A DNA stretch of 64,000 nt, taken from positions 6,764 to 70,763 of the forward strand of contig JBFFNE010000003.1 in NCBI GenBank assembly GCA_041563315.1, read 5' to 3'. The position numbers were made by a program, and so were the translations under genes. The notes under the pieces are model-generated. The model had not been told where the DNA came from, made no database searches, and saw only the letters and a list, made by a program, of their open reading frames with translations. Positions within the stretch are counted from its first letter, which is position 1. Each line of letters opens with the position of its first letter. This DNA is from Thiohalomonadaceae bacterium (lineage in GTDB: Bacteria; Pseudomonadota; Gammaproteobacteria; Thiohalomonadales; Thiohalomonadaceae). Below, piece after piece: positions 57,969 through 64,000 of the stretch.

Positions 57969-59054
57969 TTAGAGTTTGACGCATTCATCCAACCTTGCGA
58001 GCGCCTTCATCAGTTCCTTGCTGTCGTCGCTCTCACGCTGACGGTAAATATCGAGCGCCTTTTCTGCCTGCTCCTGCCAGTGTTCGGCACCGCGCTTGAC
58101 CGTCTCGCGCAGGGCCTTGCCGCCATCACCTTCGAGCCACTTGTCGTAGGCTGTGCTGAGGGAAGGGAAGATCTCCTTGCGCAGGGTGGTGAAATTGGCC
58201 ATGTAGAAGTGGAGGGCGGCATCACGCCCCTGTTCCAGCAGCCAGGGGAGGGTGCGGCGGCAATCGACCAGATGGTCGCGGATGGCGCGTAGCTGGTATT
58301 CGGCGCGGGAGCGGGGCAGGCTCGCGAGAATGCTCTCCCAGTCTGAGCCGAGTTCCTGGCCGATCCGCACTTCTCCCAATTCATGCTCCAGCAGGGTATC
58401 GATCTCGTCGCTGGTCATGGCTTCCAGAGCAAGATAGAGCTCGGTATTGAAGGGGTAATAGCTACAGGCGCGGGCGATCGCCCGCTCCTTGTCCTGCCAG
58501 CCCCACTCCTCGAGTTTCTCCCAGACCATACGGCGCAGGGACTCTCGACGCAGAAAGATTGTGTTGCCGAGACTCAGTGCTGGTGGTGCGGTGATCTCCC
58601 GCGCCAGCTCTTTGCCGGCAACGAAAATCGTGGCCCCCTCCTGCGTGATATTGCGCTCCAGCTCGGCGAGAAAAAAGTGGGGCTTGGCGCCACAGTAACC
58701 TCCGCTGTAGACCAGACCTTGAGATGCCAGAAGGTCATTGACAGACTGACTGTCGAAGGGTTGATACTGCCCGCTGGTAAGTGCGAGCGGACTGTACTCT
58801 TGGTCTTCAAGTTCTACCCATAGCTGTTCACGGGCACTGAGCCACTCACCAAGAGGACCTTTGGCTAGGCTTTCTCCAAAGGCAAATCCTTGCTCCCAGC
58901 GGTAAAATTCGCGCATCTTGAGCAGGTAGATGCAGAGGGAGTAGTTTCGGGCATGAAGGGCATCGGAGATATGGCAGTTGTGTTGTACCGTCTCGACCAG
59001 TTGCTGCACCTGTACGTTACTTGCATTTGCCATAACCGGGCCCCATGGTAGCAT
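57969..59054 (-). CDS. conserved-looking hypothetical protein
   Basis: 361-aa ORF with protein-like composition. Start is ambiguous (59054 or 59033). I cannot confidently name a family. Confidence 0.65.
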   Translation of the reverse strand: MLPWGPVMANASNVQVQQLVETVQHNCHISDALHARNYSLCIYLLKMREFYRWEQGFAFGESLAKGPLGEWLSAREQLWVELEDQEYSPLALTSGQYQPFDSQSVNDLLASQGLVYSGGYCGAKPHFFLAELERNITQEGATIFVAGKELAREITAPPALSLGNTIFLRRESLRRMVWEKLEEWGWQDKERAIARACSYYPFNTELYLALEAMTSDEIDTLLEHELGEVRIGQELGSDWESILASLPRSRAEYQLRAIRDHLVDCRRTLPWLLEQGRDAALHFYMANFTTLRKEIFPSLSTAYDKWLEGDGGKALRETVKRGAEHWQEQAEKALDIYRQRESDDSKELMKALARLDECVKL

Positions 59055-59174
59055 TTGGGTGACAAGATAAAGTTGAGTTATTTACTCTGATTTTGTCTAG
59101 GCTAGCATGCTGAATTAACTCCTGCCAAGCAGGAAAGACCGTCCCGTGACGGTAGTAGATTGTAGAGGAGTACT

Positions 59175-59765
59175 ATGGCGCGTATCAGAACCCGTTGGCA
59201 CAACAAGTCCAAGCCAAAATCCATTGAAACCATTGCCGGTGCCGTGGGCATGAATATTTGGAAGATGGCCTCGGGCACTGCCAACAAGATGTATAACGAA
59301 GGATTTAACTTTAAAAGTAACGCGCAACTACTTGAATTGATTGGTGAGTTTTCTATTTTCCTTATTCAGCTTTCCGATCGTATCGCCTATGACGCGCTTG
59401 AAGCGGAGCAGCGCCAGCGTTTCACCCAAGCGCTTGCCGGCCATATTATCGGAACCATGGTGGAGAATCAGAACGAGGAGCTCGGTCTGGATGAGCGCTA
59501 TGCAGCGGCCTTTATCGAAAAGCTAAACCACCATCTCGATGGTTACTCTGAATTTGCTGTGAGTAACGGTGACCCCAGTTATCAGATGCTGCGCTATTTC
59601 GGCACCCTGGCTGACAAAGTCATGGGCGGTAGTGATAATAAGTGGGTGATTGAGCACGTAATGGAGGTGGAGGCGCCGGTATTGGTTAAGCAGCTTAAGG
59701 AGAGCCTGGAAAAGTTGCTGCCGCAGGCACAGTCAGGGGATGAGGAAGCTGAGGAGGTCTCCTGA
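59175..59765 (+). CDS. hypothetical protein
   Basis: 196-aa ORF with GAGGAG before the ATG, a basic N-terminus and an acidic C-terminus. I recognise no family. Confidence 0.6.
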   Translation: MARIRTRWHNKSKPKSIETIAGAVGMNIWKMASGTANKMYNEGFNFKSNAQLLELIGEFSIFLIQLSDRIAYDALEAEQRQRFTQALAGHIIGTMVENQNEELGLDERYAAAFIEKLNHHLDGYSEFAVSNGDPSYQMLRYFGTLADKVMGGSDNKWVIEHVMEVEAPVLVKQLKESLEKLLPQAQSGDEEAEEVS

Positions 59766-60165
59766 CTTCGGGTCTACGACCTTAAAGGGGGGCCGATAAA
59801 ATCATAGGGTGCGGTGAGATACGAACCGAAGAGCGCCACGGCAGCGAAGTGGAACAGGGGGCACAGCCCCCGAAAAAGCCCAGGGGTGGACTTCTTGCTG
59901 GGCACTCCGCATTAGACCGCCGAAATAGCGATACAAATGCTAAAGATTTTTCGTATCTACTTGCCCCCTTATGCGAGTGCCAAGCAGGCCAGGTTGCCCC
60001 CTCCGGGGTCTCGAACCTCAATGCCACGGCGCCGCTTGCCGAAAGCGCCATGCCCACGCTCCCTGGCTACCTGGCACTTCTCTTTTAGCCTTTGCAATAA
60101 GAGCATTGTCAGGTGGGGGAGCCGTTAACGATTTTTCTTTTGCCCGTCCGCCGCGGGACGGGTAG

Positions 60166-61835
<1,670 letters not shown>

Positions 61836-61910
61836 AGTTACCGGGATAGCTCATGCCTGTGCCGGTGCAAGAAAAGAAAAATTCAGGCATGAGTGTGGGA
61901 GTTACCTGTT

Positions 61911-62261
61911 ATGAATGCTCCGAATCCAAGACAAGGCATCCTGTCTTTGACCATCAAGGACAAAGGCGCGCTTTACGCGGCCTATATGCCCTACGTCAAA
62001 AATGGGGGGTTGTTTATCCCCACCAGCAAACCGTATCAGCTAGGGGCTGAGGTATTCATGCTGCTGACACTGATGGAGGATAGCGAAAAGATGCCTGTTG
62101 CAGGCAAGATTGTCTGGATCACTCCGACGGGCGCCCAGGGGAACCGTTCTTCGGGTATCGGTGTGCAGTTCAGCGACCAGGACGGTGGGGCCACACGCAG
62201 CAAGATCGAAACCTACCTGGCCGGGACATTGAATTCCGATCACCAGACACACACGATGTAA
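61911..62261 (+). CDS. pilZ: PilZ domain protein
   Basis: About 116 aa starting MNAPNPRQGILSLTIKDK.... The tmk-holB-pilZ order is conserved in gammaproteobacteria. Confidence 0.8.
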   Translation: MNAPNPRQGILSLTIKDKGALYAAYMPYVKNGGLFIPTSKPYQLGAEVFMLLTLMEDSEKMPVAGKIVWITPTGAQGNRSSGIGVQFSDQDGGATRSKIETYLAGTLNSDHQTHTM

Positions 62262-62264
62262 ATT

Positions 62265-62399
62265 CAGATACGAGATTCGAGGGGAAAGATACGAGGTGTT
62301 GCGTACGCTTCGCGTACAATGTCTGTATCATTAAGCGCGAGCGCAGCGAGCACTTTCCCTCGTATCTTTAATATCTCGTAACTTTTTATCTCGTATCTG
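62265..62399. repeat. nested inverted-repeat element built from GATACGAG motifs
   Basis: Outer inverted repeat CAGATACGAGAT (62265-62276) / ATCTCGTATCTG (62388-62399). Inner inverted repeat GAAAGATACGAGG / CCTCGTATCTTTA. Confidence 0.65.
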
Positions 62400-62473
62400 A
62401 CTACTCCCCGCTCGCATCAGGACGGGCATCCCTGCACGTGCTTTGGCCGGGGAAAAAACGGACGAATACTCTC

Positions 62474-62497
62474 GCCAAGGCGCCAAGGCGCCAAGCG
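62474..62497. repeat. short tandem repeat (GCCAAGGC)x2.5
   Basis: The sequence GCCAAGGCGCCAAGGCGCCAAGCG is directly visible. Confidence 0.7.
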
Positions 62498-62619
62498 AAG
62501 GGGAGGCTGTGATGCGGACAGCAGTCACATCGTCAAGCGTCATGATTGGAGAAGGGTGATTTCCTGGCGTGCTTGACGGACCTGGCGAGCGAAATTTATT
62601 CTCGAGGCGGGTCGTTGCG

Positions 62620-62703
62620 TTCAAGGTTCAAAGTGTAGGAGCGGCATCTTGCCGCGACTGTCTGATGCGCCTCCGTTCGATCGCGGCTGGAAGCCGCTCC
62701 TAC
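62620..62703. repeat. REP-like palindrome related to the 24056-24212 element
   Basis: TTCAAGGTTCAAAGT leader, then inverted repeats GTAGGAGCGGC (62635-62645) / GCCGCTCCTAC (62693-62703) and GCCGCGA / TCGCGGC. Confidence 0.65.
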
Positions 62704-62728
62704 ATAATCCAAACCCAGCGAGAGTGTC

Positions 62729-63502
62729 ATGTTAGTAGATTCCCATTGCCACCTGGATCGCCTCGATCTGGAACCCTTCAACGGCGATCTTGCTAACGCG
62801 TTGAACCAGGCCAGAGAAAACGGTGTCGACCGTTTTCTCTGTGTTGCCATCGATCGCAGCAACATCCCCGATGTGATTGCCATCGCCGAGCGTTTCGACA
62901 ACGTCTACGCCTCCGTCGGCGTGCACCCAAATGAAGAGGACGACGGCGAGGTCACTGCCGAGGAGCTGATCGCACTGGCTAATCATCCCAAGGTGATCGC
63001 CATCGGTGAGACAGGGTTGGACTATTTCCGCAGCGAAGGTGAACTGGAGTGGCAGAAGCAGCGCTTTCGTAACCACATCACGGCTGCCAAGGCGTGCAAC
63101 AAGCCACTGATCATTCACTCACGGGAAGCCCGAGAGGATACCCTTCGCCTGATGCGGGAGGAGGGGGCTGAGGTGGCCGGCGGTATCATGCACTGCTTTG
63201 TTGAGGATTGGGAAACCGCACGCCAGGCCATGGAGATGGGGTTTTATATCTCCTTCTCCGGTATCGTTACCTTCAAAAATGCCGAGGAGCTGCGTGAGGT
63301 AGCACGTCAGGTACCCATCGACCGACTTCTGGTAGAGACCGACTCGCCCTACCTGGCACCGGTGCCACACCGGGGTAAAAGCAATCAACCCGCCTATGTG
63401 CGGCACGTTGCAGAGTTTCTGGCAGAGCTTCGCGGCGTCTCGTTTGAAGAGCTGAGCGCCCGGACAACGGACAATTTCAATCAGTTGTTTGATCTGCAGT
63501 AA
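62729..63502 (+). CDS. tatD: TatD-family metal-dependent hydrolase (YcfH-like)
   Basis: Motifs DSHCHLD, GEIGLD-like GETGLDY and ETDSPYLAP. Confidence 0.9.
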   Translation: MLVDSHCHLDRLDLEPFNGDLANALNQARENGVDRFLCVAIDRSNIPDVIAIAERFDNVYASVGVHPNEEDDGEVTAEELIALANHPKVIAIGETGLDYFRSEGELEWQKQRFRNHITAAKACNKPLIIHSREAREDTLRLMREEGAEVAGGIMHCFVEDWETARQAMEMGFYISFSGIVTFKNAEELREVARQVPIDRLLVETDSPYLAPVPHRGKSNQPAYVRHVAEFLAELRGVSFEELSARTTDNFNQLFDLQ

Positions 63503-63526
63503 ACCCAGGCAATCTCGGGTAGCAGC

Positions 63527-64000
63527 TTAGGTACTGCTTCCCGCCGGATCCAGAACATCCCCGGCGAGGCCACGTAGCCCTTGTTCCAGGTAACATCCAT
63601 CGTAACCGCGTTCGTTCAGCAGGAACGCGGCCGATGAACTGCGACGACCCGTATCACAGCAAACGATATAACGTTTGTCCCTGTCTAGCTCTCGGGTTTT
63701 GAGACGAAGTAGGTAGAGTGGTATATTGAGGCTATCCGGCAGGTGGTTATTCCTGTACTCACTCTCCAGCCGCACATCCAGTAGCAAGGCGCCTTCATTC
63801 ATCATTTGTTGCATCATCTCATAGTCGACACTGCGCACCACAGGGGCCTTGAGCAGCTCGACAAAATCCGGCTTGCTCAAACGCATCAGTACTCCATCGG
63901 TTAGCATGGTGACATCGGCATTGCGCTTGCCATCGGAGATCAGGGCCTCCTCGCCAAAGCCGCTACCAGCCTCCAGTTCAGCCAGTTTGACCGTTTTGCC
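63527..64000 (-). CDS. cyclic-nucleotide-binding plus rhodanese domain protein (5' end outside the window)
   Basis: Rhodanese domain with active-site loop CCDTGRRS. Upstream in frame to the window edge is GFGEEALISDGKRNADV, a cNMP-binding signature. Confidence 0.7.
   Translation of the reverse strand, partial: GKTVKLAELEAGSGFGEEALISDGKRNADVTMLTDGVLMRLSKPDFVELLKAPVVRSVDYEMMQQMMNEGALLLDVRLESEYRNNHLPDSLNIPLYLLRLKTRELDRDKRYIVCCDTGRRSSSAAFLLNERGYDGCYLEQGLRGLAGDVLDPAGSST

Noticed and set aside
55304-58000. Looked for a CRISPR array or further cas genes near the Cas6-like ORF.
   Set aside because: No regularly spaced direct repeats of 24-40 nt occur anywhere in the window, and neighbouring ORFs have no Cas1, Cas2, Cas3, Cas5, Cas7 or Cas8 features.

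Overview
This window looks like chromosomal DNA from a moderately GC-rich, diazotrophic, sulfur-oxidising gammaproteobacterium. The tmk-holB-pilZ-tatD gene order, an rDsr-type dsr operon and nif genes support that reading. There are three functional blocks. (1) 1-7.1 kb holds a nitrogenase-maturation cluster, iscA(nif)-nifU-nifS | nifV-cysE-orf-nifW-nifZ-nifM. It has two sigma-54 promoters and one NifA-type UAS readable in the sequence; nifHDK is not in the window. (2) 19.3-24 kb holds a minus-strand nifJ (pyruvate:ferredoxin/flavodoxin oxidoreductase) operon with a dihydroorotate-dehydrogenase-like partner and a small Cys-rich ORF. (3) 41.4-55.3 kb holds a complete minus-strand dsrABEFHCMKLJOP-(TrpD2/YbiB-like)-dsrN-dsrR operon, followed by a NarX/NarL-type two-component system. 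Between these blocks lie housekeeping genes (rsmJ, fbaB, cysM, rlmD, nagZ, hpt, mtnP and others), a PAS-GGDEF-EAL protein, a glutamate-type dehydrogenase, and a possible stress module (accessory FtsH, BON protein, Hsp20, P-type ATPase). The most unusual locus is a four-gene operon divergent from dsrA (55.85-57.86 kb). It encodes a small ORF, an unknown 235-aa protein, an orphan Cas6/Cmx6-like RAMP protein and a DsrC paralog that has lost both catalytic cysteines; there is no CRISPR array or other cas gene in the window. Other points are a YbiB/TrpD2-like gene inside the dsr operon, two abutting convergent pseudogene remnants at 11.8-12.4 kb, several families of nested palindromic REP/MITE-like elements in the intergenic spacers, and an unexplained 439-bp structured spacer upstream of tmk. 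I found no rRNA, tRNA, transposase, integrase or CRISPR array. All family assignments come from motif recognition by eye; no searches were run.
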